Below are positions 18,247 through 28,163 of a stretch of 64,000 nt of DNA, in pieces. The DNA comes from Myxococcota bacterium. GTDB taxonomy: Bacteria; Myxococcota_A; UBA9042; PHBI01; JAWLBL01. The stretch's first letter is position 1. Each line of letters begins with the position of its first letter. A program made the translations under genes and the position numbers. The stretch is taken from contig JAWLBL010000003.1 in assembly GCA_041687695.1 (NCBI GenBank), positions 183,660 through 247,659 of the forward strand. Direction: 5' to 3'. Below the pieces are notes generated by a model. It did no database searches and was not told the origin of the DNA. It worked only from the letters and a program-made list of their open reading frames with translations.

Positions 18247-21200
18247 ATGAATCTGGACGCCCTCAAGAGAACGCTGACCCGCCTCCTCGGCGTGGTGGCG
18301 CTGGCGCTCGTACCGCTCGGCCTCCTGCCCGGATGCGTCGACGAGGTCGGCCTCGTCGACCGCACGCTCAACGACAAGATGGACAAGCGCATGTTCGAGG
18401 GCGTCTGGATGTACATCCAGACGACGGTCGACGTGCCCTACTCGACGGCCATCAGCTTCACCGGCGAGACGAACTTCGGCGAGGCCGCCAAGATCGTCTT
18501 CGACATCCAGGAGAACTTCCTCGTCGCCTACCCGGTCATCGAGACCATCGAGGGGACGGAGAAGGGCTGGAAGACCCACAAGATCCGAAAGTACTGGGAC
18601 AAGGACGCCCGGGACGAGTTCGTCGAGATGTACGTGGGCCCGCCGGTCGCCCGGTGGAGCATCGTCAAGCACTTCGACGTCATCCGGAACTACAACACGT
18701 TCAACGGCGCGCAGACCAACGAGGTCGTCGAGAACACGACCGACCGGCCCTGGTACGAGCGCGACTTCATCCGCGTGAACTGGGCCCAGCAGGGCATCCG
18801 GCCGTTCTTCTACGATCTGGGCGGCGCCTCGGCCTCCGACAGCTACTTCGTCGGCGAGGACAAGGTCGGCGACCCCGACGCCATGACCGTCGACATGGAG
18901 GGCGGCTACTTCGACTACGTCATCCGGACGAACGTGTGGTCGCTCGGCCAGAACCGCTGCAGCGTCTACAACCTGACCGAGTACGACTGCGTCTCCGCCG
19001 AGGTGAAGGCGCGGCACTCGTTCCGTCGCATGGACCCGCGGCGTGACTACGAGCCGCTGCGCTACCACAACAACGAGCACCAGGAGAAGTTCGGCTTCTT
19101 CCTGACCGAGCGCTACGCCTACGACTCGGACTGGGGCCCCACCTACGAGGGCAAGGTCTCGTTCGCCAACCGCTGGAACCTGTGGCGCAACACCTACGAC
19201 TTCCGCAAGCCCGTCGACGACGAGGGCAACGAGCTGACCGTCGCGTGCTTCGCCGACGCCGACTGCGACCGCGAGGTCGGCGAGCGTTGCCAGAAGACCA
19301 CCGGCTGGTTCGACGACGGTTACTGCGCCGTCCCCGTGGCGCGCCCGTACAAGGACCGCGACCTCCGCCCGATCGTCTTCCACCTCAACCAGGACTGGCA
19401 CCCCGACTACCTGGCCGAAGCCTATGAGTCGGCGGACAACTGGAGCGACGTGTTCAAGGACGCCGTCGCCTGGGCGCTGTTCCACGAGGAGAAGGGCCAG
19501 GGGATCACGCGCACGTGCCAGTCGCACGCCGACTGCGCCACCGCGTCCCTCGTGGCGGACCACACGGTCGACGTCATCGAGAAGGGCTCGCGCTGCTTGC
19601 AGGCCGCCGACTGCTCCAACACCTGCAACCTGGCCAAGAACAGCTGCACCCTGACCGGCGGCAGCTGCACGTCGGACGCGCAGTGCACGGAGTACGCCTG
19701 CGGCGGCGACGGCTTCTGCGGCGCCCCGCGCGCCTGCAGCGCGGCCAACCCCTGCGCCCTGGGCCAGACCTGCTCGGGCGGCGTCTGCAAGCAGGGCGGT
19801 GAGACCGTCGCGACGCGCCTGCCGACGGTGAGCACCCGCGGCAGCACCGTGATCTACCACGGCCACGGCGACGACAAGTCCATCGTGACCCGCGACGTCT
19901 TCCCGGCGCGCCTGCTCGACCCGACCCAGCAGGGCCTGACGGGCAACAACTCGTGGGTGCGCTTCGTCAACGCGGCCCCCGGGGCCGGCTCGTTCGGCCT
20001 GAAGGTGGGCGACGTGGTCTTCGAGGGCGGCGCCTACGGCGACACCGTCGACTACGCGACGACCCGCCCCGAGACGGCCAAGTTCATGAAGCAGGTGCCG
20101 TCGGGCATCGGCCTGAAGTTCGAGGTGACCAGCGGCGGCTCGGTGGTCGCCTCGGTCTTCGGCGACGTGGCCGCCAAGTCGCAGTACCTGGTCGTCTACA
20201 ACGGCAAGGACGTCATCGTCGCGGGCGCGTCCTTCAACGAGTCGCGCCAGGGCATCCGGTTCCTGAACGCCGCGGAGGGCGTCTCGCTCGACTTCGCCGT
20301 CGAGGGCGTCCGGCTGGACACCGCGGTCGGCTACCGCGCGGCGACCCCGTACCGCAGCATGGCCGGCGACGTCCAGCGCGTGACGCTCAGCGTGGCCGGG
20401 TCGCGCGGCGACCTGACCTGCTACACCGACGACACCATCGGACGCTGCGTCGGCTGGGGCGCCGACATCACGCAGAAGGACCATGACCGCGTCGCCGAGA
20501 TCAAGAGCAACCTGCCCGACATGTTCGTGCTCTGCGAGAACACCTACAACGAGCTCGAGGCGGTCGATCAGGCCAGGATGGCGGCGCGCGAGGGCAACGC
20601 CCGTTACACCCAGGACCTGGGCAACGGCGCGTTCTACAACCCCTGCGGCGACCCCGACCTGATCCCGCACCCGACCGAGACCAAGAAGATCGGCGACATC
20701 CGCTACAGCTTCTTCTACTGGGTCAACGAGCAGCAGCGCTCGGGCCCCCTCGGCTACGGGCCCTCGGCCGCGGATCCCGAGTCGGGGCAGATCCTCTTCG
20801 CGACGGCCTACATCTACGGCGGCGCGATGCACACCTACGGCCAGTACGCGGCCGACCTCATCAATCTGGTCAACGGCGACCTGGACACCGCCGACCTCGT
20901 GACCGGCGAGTGGGTCCGCAAGGCGCTCGAGGCGCAGGCCAAGGAAGAGGACGCCAACAAGGCCACCATCATCGGCGCCCTGACCGAGGTCGAGGAGGAC
21001 GCCACCTCCGACGCGGAGGCCGAGTCCCGCACGCGCGAGCTGCTAGAGAGGCTCGAGCGCTTCGGCGGCCACGCGGCCATGCAGCCGAGCGCCCGCGGCG
21101 AGGCCGCCCAGGCGCACCATGCCCACGACCACGTGGCCCACGCGCGGACCCTGGTCGCGCCGCAGCGGCAGCCGAAGGACTACGAGTTCCCGGAGCTGAT

Positions 21201-23628
21201 GCACTACACGGTCAACCCGAAGAAGCTGGGTGAGGACCTCAAGGCCTCGCTGCCTCAGGTCGACCCGCAGCTCAACCACCGGCGCCTGGGCCTCATCAAG
21301 GACACCTGGATCGAAGACCTCACGATGAACAACGAGGTCATGCTCAACGCGCAGGCCATCGATCCCGACGGTGAGATGTCCTACGACGAGCTCAAGGCGC
21401 GCCTGTCCCCGACGCACTGGGCGTCGAAGGCCGTCATGAACGTCGAGTCGGAGCGCATGCGGCGCCTGTCGCGCGGGTGCATCTACATGGGCGAGTTCGT
21501 GGACGACTCGCTCTTCGGCCTGGCCAAGGAGATGAAGGACAAGGGCCTGACCGGCGACGCCATGCGCATCGCGGTCGCCAGCCGCATCCTCGGCGGCGTG
21601 CTCGAGCACGAGGTCGGCCACACCGTGGGCCTGCGCCACAACTTCTCCGGCTCGACCGACGTCTTCAACTTCCACGACGAGTACTTCCAGGTCCGCGAGC
21701 CCGAGGTCATCCTCTGCCAGGACGACGGCTGGTGCGACGACCTCACGGGCGAGGCCTGCGCCATCAAGCAGTGCTCGAGCGACGCCGACTGCGGCGCGGG
21801 CCTGCTGTGTGGCACGAACAACCAGTGCTCGGCGCTGGCCGGCGACGGCTCGCAGGCTCTGACCCCGACCGGCGTGTGCGCGCGCCCGGTCGGCAACAAC
21901 ACCTGCACCACCGACGCGCAGTGCGGCGATGGTCTCATCTGCAGCGTCGTGAACAACCGGTGCTTCGATCCGAGCGAGCAGTTCGCCCCGCGCTTCTGGC
22001 TGACCGAGAACGAGAAGGCCAACAAGCGCACCGAGTACCAGTACTCGACCATCATGGACTACGGCGGCCGCGTGAACAGCGACGTCCACGGCCTGGGCAA
22101 GTACGACTACGCCGCGATCAAGTTCGGCTACACGCAGCTCGTCGACACCTACACCGACATCTCCAAGCTGATGGAGCGCATCGACAAGGCGGCGGCGCTC
22201 ACCGGGCAGTCGCGCGCCCAGATGTCGTACTTCATCAACCCGGCCTACTGGTCCAACCGCGGCACGGGCTTCTACCACGCGTTCAACTACCTCACGAACT
22301 ACATCGGGGTTGAGCAGAACCTCCAGCGCGTCCCGCGCCCGTACGACCAGGTCAAGTACCAGCGCGAGATGGTCAGCAACGACGTCCGAGAGGACCTCGA
22401 CTGGGCCAACGTCGAGGTGCCGTACGCGTTCTGCTCGGACGAGTTCCGCGGCAACATGGGCTGCTACTACTTCGACCAGGGCATCGACGCCGGCGAGATG
22501 GCGGCCCACGCGCAGGAGCAGCTGAAGAACTACTACGTCTTCGACGCCTTCAAGCGCGAGCGCCTGTTCTTCGGCTCGTACGGCAGCGCGATGGGCTACT
22601 ACGCGCGCCTGATGGACCGGTACCTGCGCGTCCTCGGTGACGTCGGCATGTACTACGCCATGTGGGACAACTTCCTCTGGCGCTACTCCTGGTACAACGA
22701 GTGGAAGACCTGGCCCCTGGGTGGCCGCGCCCTCAGCCGCGCCGCGGTCGACGCGTTCGGCTACCTCAAGGACACGGTCTCGTCGCCCGCGCCGGGCTGC
22801 TACGTCCAGGACGAGGACAGCGGCGCCTACGTCAACGTCGGCCTGACGACCGAGGGCAAGGACTGCGAGCTCGAGGTGCCCTTCGGCATTGGTCGCTTCC
22901 CCTACACCCAGTTCGGCACCGACCTCGGCTACAACTTCTACCAGCACCCGCTGTGGTTCGGCAGCTTCTGGGAGAAGCTGGGCGCCCTCATCACGCTCAC
23001 CGACTCGACGGCCTACTTCGTCGACCAGAGCGTCGGCGAGCAGCTCAACATCGGCGTCGGCACCTCGCTCGGCTTCAACACGGTCTTCTCGAACGACATG
23101 AACGCCTTCCTCGGCGGCATCGTGTCGGGCACGCTCGACAAGTACGCCGGGCGCGCCGTGAACGGGAACTACATCGGGCCGTCGGTGCTCGGCGACCTGG
23201 CCAACGGGCCTCCGGTCGAGCCGTCGCTGAACAACTTCACCCTCAAGCTGTACGCCGCCCTGTTCGGCCTGGCCTACCTGCCCGCCGGCTTCGACCCGAC
23301 CTTCATCGACCGCATGGCCGTGTTCCTCGAGGGCGAGGCCACCGAGTACGACCACGGCGGCCAGACCGGCGTGGTCGCGCATCGCTTCGAGGACCCGATC
23401 GGCGGCAAGGTCTACGTGGCCTACTCGACCAACTACGGGACCCAGGCGAACAAGCTGGACATCGGGGCGACGCTGGTGGAGCGAGCGCAAGCGGCGGCCG
23501 ACGCCTGGGCCGAGGCGACCGGGCCGCAGCGCGCCGCGCTCGAGCGCGAGCTGCAGCAGCAGCGCGAGCTGCTCGACCTGCTCCGGCAGCTCCACCACAT
23601 CTACGGCAACGCCGTGCTGGGCCTGTAG
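18247..23628 (+). CDS. Giant lipoprotein zinc metalloprotease (metzincin, EcxA/DUF4953-like) with Cys-rich and DUF4397-like inserts, 1793 aa
   Basis: GGAGG RBS; lipobox LPG-C; HEVGHTVGLRHNF at ~21607; Met-turn STIMDY. Confidence 0.85.
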   Translation: MNLDALKRTLTRLLGVVALALVPLGLLPGCVDEVGLVDRTLNDKMDKRMFEGVWMYIQTTVDVPYSTAISFTGETNFGEAAKIVFDIQENFLVAYPVIETIEGTEKGWKTHKIRKYWDKDARDEFVEMYVGPPVARWSIVKHFDVIRNYNTFNGAQTNEVVENTTDRPWYERDFIRVNWAQQGIRPFFYDLGGASASDSYFVGEDKVGDPDAMTVDMEGGYFDYVIRTNVWSLGQNRCSVYNLTEYDCVSAEVKARHSFRRMDPRRDYEPLRYHNNEHQEKFGFFLTERYAYDSDWGPTYEGKVSFANRWNLWRNTYDFRKPVDDEGNELTVACFADADCDREVGERCQKTTGWFDDGYCAVPVARPYKDRDLRPIVFHLNQDWHPDYLAEAYESADNWSDVFKDAVAWALFHEEKGQGITRTCQSHADCATASLVADHTVDVIEKGSRCLQAADCSNTCNLAKNSCTLTGGSCTSDAQCTEYACGGDGFCGAPRACSAANPCALGQTCSGGVCKQGGETVATRLPTVSTRGSTVIYHGHGDDKSIVTRDVFPARLLDPTQQGLTGNNSWVRFVNAAPGAGSFGLKVGDVVFEGGAYGDTVDYATTRPETAKFMKQVPSGIGLKFEVTSGGSVVASVFGDVAAKSQYLVVYNGKDVIVAGASFNESRQGIRFLNAAEGVSLDFAVEGVRLDTAVGYRAATPYRSMAGDVQRVTLSVAGSRGDLTCYTDDTIGRCVGWGADITQKDHDRVAEIKSNLPDMFVLCENTYNELEAVDQARMAAREGNARYTQDLGNGAFYNPCGDPDLIPHPTETKKIGDIRYSFFYWVNEQQRSGPLGYGPSAADPESGQILFATAYIYGGAMHTYGQYAADLINLVNGDLDTADLVTGEWVRKALEAQAKEEDANKATIIGALTEVEEDATSDAEAESRTRELLERLERFGGHAAMQPSARGEAAQAHHAHDHVAHARTLVAPQRQPKDYEFPELMHYTVNPKKLGEDLKASLPQVDPQLNHRRLGLIKDTWIEDLTMNNEVMLNAQAIDPDGEMSYDELKARLSPTHWASKAVMNVESERMRRLSRGCIYMGEFVDDSLFGLAKEMKDKGLTGDAMRIAVASRILGGVLEHEVGHTVGLRHNFSGSTDVFNFHDEYFQVREPEVILCQDDGWCDDLTGEACAIKQCSSDADCGAGLLCGTNNQCSALAGDGSQALTPTGVCARPVGNNTCTTDAQCGDGLICSVVNNRCFDPSEQFAPRFWLTENEKANKRTEYQYSTIMDYGGRVNSDVHGLGKYDYAAIKFGYTQLVDTYTDISKLMERIDKAAALTGQSRAQMSYFINPAYWSNRGTGFYHAFNYLTNYIGVEQNLQRVPRPYDQVKYQREMVSNDVREDLDWANVEVPYAFCSDEFRGNMGCYYFDQGIDAGEMAAHAQEQLKNYYVFDAFKRERLFFGSYGSAMGYYARLMDRYLRVLGDVGMYYAMWDNFLWRYSWYNEWKTWPLGGRALSRAAVDAFGYLKDTVSSPAPGCYVQDEDSGAYVNVGLTTEGKDCELEVPFGIGRFPYTQFGTDLGYNFYQHPLWFGSFWEKLGALITLTDSTAYFVDQSVGEQLNIGVGTSLGFNTVFSNDMNAFLGGIVSGTLDKYAGRAVNGNYIGPSVLGDLANGPPVEPSLNNFTLKLYAALFGLAYLPAGFDPTFIDRMAVFLEGEATEYDHGGQTGVVAHRFEDPIGGKVYVAYSTNYGTQANKLDIGATLVERAQAAADAWAEATGPQRAALERELQQQRELLDLLRQLHHIYGNAVLGL

Positions 23629-23639
23629 GAGGACGAGCG

Positions 23640-26600
23640 ATGCGCACCCTTGGAAACTGCGGCACTCACCGCTCATCGCATGGCACCAGCGCGCGCGCTG
23701 GGGGAGCTCGGGGCATGTGGTCTTCTCTTCGTCAGCTGGCCGCCGTCGGCCTCGTCGCCGCCGGCGTGGCCCTGGCGGGTCTCGGTGGCTGCGCCGACCC
23801 CGAGCCCATCAACCGCGTCCAGCCGAACCTCATCGAGAAGTCGAAGCTGGGCGGCGAGTGGTACATCCTGGACACCATCGTCCGGGCGCCGTTCGCCTCG
23901 CACTACTTCTTCGCCGGTCTGCAGAGCTCGCTCGACCGCGGCGTCTTCGAGATCGAGGAGCGGCACCTGTACCTGTACCGCACCTACGAGTTCATCGAGG
24001 GCGTCGAGCAGCAGGGCCTCAAGAGCGACTCGGACAAGCCGCTGCTCGACGAGGACGGCAACCCGGTCACCTATGACAAGGTGATGCCCGACGGGTCGGT
24101 GAAGAAGGCGACGCGCTACGTGTACCGCAGCGCGCCGCTGGCCAAGTACGCCATCTCCGGCCACTTCGACGTTCGTCAGTCCTACAACCCCATCACGGGC
24201 GAGCCGACCAACGTGACGGTCGAGGACGCGAGCGAGAAGTACTGGTGGGAGCGCGACTGGATGCGCGTCGACTTCGGGTCCGATACGGCCGGCAACTCGG
24301 CGCGGTTCGGCTCGGACATGTTCAACGCGGTGGTGTACGAGGGTGAGACCGGCCCCGAAGAGCTGAAGCTCCGGGTCCAGGACGACGGCGCGTACATGGA
24401 CTTCGTGGTCCGCGGCTGGATCACCGCGCCGCGCACCTACCTGTGGGGCTGGGGCTGGATCCCGACCTGCTTCTTCTACCCCTGGTACACGGGCTCGTAC
24501 TTCGAGTGCGGTGAGGAGGAGATCCACATCCGCACCAGCCTGATGAAGGTCGACCCCGGCAACACCTACCAGCCGTGGAACTACGACGACCACATGCTCG
24601 ACAAGTTCGGCTTCTTCCGCCGGGCCCGGGCCACCTACGACCAGTACTACGGCGCGACCTTCAGCGCGGCCGAGCGCCACATCCAGCGCTTCCGGATCTG
24701 GGAGGACTACGTCGACGCGGACGGCGACGGCAAGCTCGACTACGCGTCGATGAAGCCGCAGCCGATCGTCTACTACCTGTCCGAGAAGTTCCCGCGAGAG
24801 CTCATCCCGGGCGCGATCGATCTGGCCGATCAGTGGAACGAGCCCTTCGTCGAGGTGGTCGAGCACCTGACGGGCAAGCCCGTGGACGGGCGCATGTTCG
24901 TCCTGTGCGAGAACAACCTCGCCGAGGTCGCGGCCCTGCTCGAAGAGGATCCGGACGCCGTGCTCGCCGAGACCGACGAGCGCTACTGCAAGAACATGGA
25001 CCAGGCCAAGCCCTACGGCGACCTGCGCTACAACCAGCTGGTCAGCATCAACGAGCCGACCCAGTTCGGGCTGTACGGCTACGGTCCGGCGCACTCGGAC
25101 CCGCTGACGGGCGAGACCATCAACGCTCACGCGTTCCAGTACACGGGCAACCTGCGCCTGGGTGCGCGGACCGCGGTCGACATGATCGAGTACTCGGCGG
25201 GCGTGCAGACCTTCAGGGACGTCGCCGACGCCGAGCACATCCGGACCGACATCAAGGCCCGCACGCTGCGCCAGTCGCAGTCGGAGCCGCGCGTGCCGAC
25301 GAGCATCGAGGCGGCCCAGACGATGGCGAGCGAGCTGCTCGCCCCGGAGGTCGACGCCGTCATCACGCACTTCGGCCTCGAGGAGACGGACCTCGACCTG
25401 GCGCGCGCCGGCATGTCGCGGCTGCGCAACGCCAGCGAGTTCGACTTCGTGTGGCTCAACGCCGACATGGCCGCCCTCGTCGGTCTGCCGGCGGACCAGC
25501 TCGGCCAGATCCAGGATCCCGACCACTTCCTCCGTGGCCTGGTGCACCCGGCCTACACCAACACCGAGGACATGCTCCTGTGGGGCGAGAAGAAGGCGGC
25601 GCATCTGGGCCAGCAGGCCATCTGCATGGGCGAGCACTTCGACGACTCGTTCAACGGCCTCGCGGCCGAGTACCAGGGCGTCTATGACCAGGCCATCTGC
25701 GACGGGCTCAGCCAGCACGCGGACGCCGACCAGCTCATCTTCGACTTCTCGGCCTTCGCCGAGCTGGGCGCCAGCTGCGACGGCGGGGACTCGGCCTGCG
25801 CCTCCGACGAGGTGTGCACCTTCGTGGATCAGGGCGACGTCTCGGGCAAGTACTGCATGCGGCCCTGCACGGCCAACGCCCTGCTCCAGCAGCTGCGCCT
25901 CGAGATCCGGCGCGTCAACCAGATCGGCGAGTTCCAGTATTGGGATCCCAACGCGCTGTACACCGCGACCAAGGACGCGCGCGTCAACGCCAGCCAGCAG
26001 GCCGCGCGCGAGCTCATCGAGCAGGTGCGCGAGAAGGTCTTCCTCGAGACCTTCGACCGGATGTGGTCGACCGTCGCCATGCACGAGGCCGGCCACAACC
26101 TCGGCCTGCGTCACAACTTCGCGTCGTCGACGGACGCCCTGAACTACTTCGACGACTACTGGAGCATGAAGGGCACCACCGACGGTGAGGGCCACTGGCA
26201 TCCCAACAACCTGTGGTCGCGCGAGACCGACGCTCAGGTCGCCAGCCGCATGCGCGAGTACCAGCAGACCTCCATCATGGAGTACTCGGGCGCCTTCAAC
26301 GCGCGCTACCAGGGGCTCGGCTCCTATGACCGGGCGGCCATCCTGTTCGGCTACGGCGAGCTGCTCGAGGTGTTCGAGAACCCGCCGGCGCTCGAGGCGT
26401 ACGCCGACTACATCGCCGAGCCCTCCGACGGCGACCCGATGGCGCTGACGCTGACGCCGCGGCGCCTGCATCCGCTGGCGCGCGCCCTCGAGAAGATCCA
26501 CCACACGAACTACCCGGCGGTCTTCGGCGGCGTCGAGAACATGACCAAGCGCAAGGTCGTCAAGGCCGAAGACATCGCCGACACCTCGAAGCCCTGCAGC

Positions 26601-28070
26601 CAGTTCGACGACCCGTACTCGACGGCCGTCTGCGGCCAGGCCGGCTCGTTCTGCCGCCCCTTCCCGTCGGGCTTCTTCTGCACCAAGCCCGACATGGTCG
26701 AGGTGCCCTTCCGGTTCTGCTCGGACGAGTACAACTGGTCGTCGCCGCAGTGCCAGACCCACGACGAGGGCACCGACTCGTTCGAGATCGTGCTCAACTC
26801 GGTCGACGACTACGAGTACTACTGGCCGTTCCGGGCGTACATGCGCGACAACGACCTGTTCTCACCGTCGACCGGCTACTGGAACTCGGTCATGTCGATC
26901 ATGGCCGGCTGGCGCAAGCACTTCGAGCACTGGGCCTACAACTACACCCGCTACAACAAGGACGGGTGGTGGGAGAAGCGCTTCGGCCAGCCCTGGCACC
27001 TCGACGTCAACGGCGGCCTGGGCGCCACCCTGGCGGCCAAGAACATCTTCGAGACGATGGCCAACGTCTTCGGGCGGCCCTCGCCGGGGTTCTACGGCTG
27101 GAACGCGGTCAAGCAGCGCTACGAGCCGGTCGTCAACAACGGCAAGAACACCTACTCGAACGTGTTCTACATCCCCGAGGACTGCCCCGAGCGCGAGCGC
27201 GTCGGCAAGGGCACGCTCTGCGGTGGCCGCCCGATGTACCCGAGCTACGACTTCACGGGTTACATCTACGTGCCTTACCGTGCCGGCACGTTCTACGACC
27301 GCCTGGCCGCCATGCAGTTCATGACCTTCCCGCAGATGCTGTACGTGCGCGGCGTGGACCGCACCATCGACGCGCGGCGCTTCCGCCTGAACTTCGCCAC
27401 CGTCTGGCCCGAGCGCGTCTCGAACCTGCTCGCCGGCATGCTCACCGGCGAGCCCGAGATGAGCGGCTGGTGCATCGAGCACGACGGCGTGCCGCCGACC
27501 CAGAACGGCAACGGCGATCCCAGCGCCGTCAAGCCGCGCCGCTGGTTTGGCACCGAGGCCGAGCTCGACGCCTACTATGCCAACTGCGTCGCGCTCACCC
27601 CCGAGCCCGAGTACAGCTTCCCCACGACCCAGTACCGCCTGCCTGCGCTGGCCTCGATCTACGGTCTGGGCTGGTCCAGCCAGACCTTCGATCGCGGCTT
27701 CGCCGACCGCGCACGCGTCTGGCTCGAGGGTGAGGGCAACGACGTCACGATCCCGGCCGGCTTCGAGGTCGTGAAGTACACCGATCCCTTCTCGGGCAAG
27801 ACCTACATGGCGCCCTACGATCCCGAGGAGTTCGATCCGAACGACCTCCAGGTCACGCCGCGCTCGGCCGTGCCCGCCGTGGATCTCGAGGGCCATCGCC
27901 ACGTGTACTGGCCCGCGGCGCGCATGCTGTCGTGGGCCAACCGGGAGCTCGCGAAGTACCCCAACCAGAGCACGCTGACCGGGTCCTACAGCTACAGCGA
28001 CCTCCAGCAGATGGTGGGTCGCCTCGAGATCATCCGCGGCCTCTACCGCTACTTCGAGTACGGCTACTGA
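23640..28070 (+). CDS. Second giant lipoprotein zinc metalloprotease, paralogue of the upstream gene, 1476 aa
   Basis: GGAGG RBS; lipobox LGG-C; HEAGHNLGLRHNF at ~26082; Met-turn TSIMEY; DADGDGKLD Ca-binding-like loop. Confidence 0.85.
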   Translation: MRTLGNCGTHRSSHGTSARAGGARGMWSSLRQLAAVGLVAAGVALAGLGGCADPEPINRVQPNLIEKSKLGGEWYILDTIVRAPFASHYFFAGLQSSLDRGVFEIEERHLYLYRTYEFIEGVEQQGLKSDSDKPLLDEDGNPVTYDKVMPDGSVKKATRYVYRSAPLAKYAISGHFDVRQSYNPITGEPTNVTVEDASEKYWWERDWMRVDFGSDTAGNSARFGSDMFNAVVYEGETGPEELKLRVQDDGAYMDFVVRGWITAPRTYLWGWGWIPTCFFYPWYTGSYFECGEEEIHIRTSLMKVDPGNTYQPWNYDDHMLDKFGFFRRARATYDQYYGATFSAAERHIQRFRIWEDYVDADGDGKLDYASMKPQPIVYYLSEKFPRELIPGAIDLADQWNEPFVEVVEHLTGKPVDGRMFVLCENNLAEVAALLEEDPDAVLAETDERYCKNMDQAKPYGDLRYNQLVSINEPTQFGLYGYGPAHSDPLTGETINAHAFQYTGNLRLGARTAVDMIEYSAGVQTFRDVADAEHIRTDIKARTLRQSQSEPRVPTSIEAAQTMASELLAPEVDAVITHFGLEETDLDLARAGMSRLRNASEFDFVWLNADMAALVGLPADQLGQIQDPDHFLRGLVHPAYTNTEDMLLWGEKKAAHLGQQAICMGEHFDDSFNGLAAEYQGVYDQAICDGLSQHADADQLIFDFSAFAELGASCDGGDSACASDEVCTFVDQGDVSGKYCMRPCTANALLQQLRLEIRRVNQIGEFQYWDPNALYTATKDARVNASQQAARELIEQVREKVFLETFDRMWSTVAMHEAGHNLGLRHNFASSTDALNYFDDYWSMKGTTDGEGHWHPNNLWSRETDAQVASRMREYQQTSIMEYSGAFNARYQGLGSYDRAAILFGYGELLEVFENPPALEAYADYIAEPSDGDPMALTLTPRRLHPLARALEKIHHTNYPAVFGGVENMTKRKVVKAEDIADTSKPCSQFDDPYSTAVCGQAGSFCRPFPSGFFCTKPDMVEVPFRFCSDEYNWSSPQCQTHDEGTDSFEIVLNSVDDYEYYWPFRAYMRDNDLFSPSTGYWNSVMSIMAGWRKHFEHWAYNYTRYNKDGWWEKRFGQPWHLDVNGGLGATLAAKNIFETMANVFGRPSPGFYGWNAVKQRYEPVVNNGKNTYSNVFYIPEDCPERERVGKGTLCGGRPMYPSYDFTGYIYVPYRAGTFYDRLAAMQFMTFPQMLYVRGVDRTIDARRFRLNFATVWPERVSNLLAGMLTGEPEMSGWCIEHDGVPPTQNGNGDPSAVKPRRWFGTEAELDAYYANCVALTPEPEYSFPTTQYRLPALASIYGLGWSSQTFDRGFADRARVWLEGEGNDVTIPAGFEVVKYTDPFSGKTYMAPYDPEEFDPNDLQVTPRSAVPAVDLEGHRHVYWPAARMLSWANRELAKYPNQSTLTGSYSYSDLQQMVGRLEIIRGLYRYFEYGY

Positions 28071-28089
28071 GCCTCGGCCGCTGCTGAAC

Positions 28090-28126
28090 ACGAAGCCCCC
28101 GCGAGCCCGACTCGCGGGGGCTTCGT
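28090..28126. terminator. Perfect 16-bp hairpin between convergent genes (likely bidirectional terminator)
   Basis: ACGAAGCCCCCGCGAG-cccga-CTCGCGGGGGCTTCGT. Confidence 0.75.
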
Positions 28127-28163
28127 AGCTTCCGGTGCCGGCGCGTCGCAGGTCGATCCCGGC

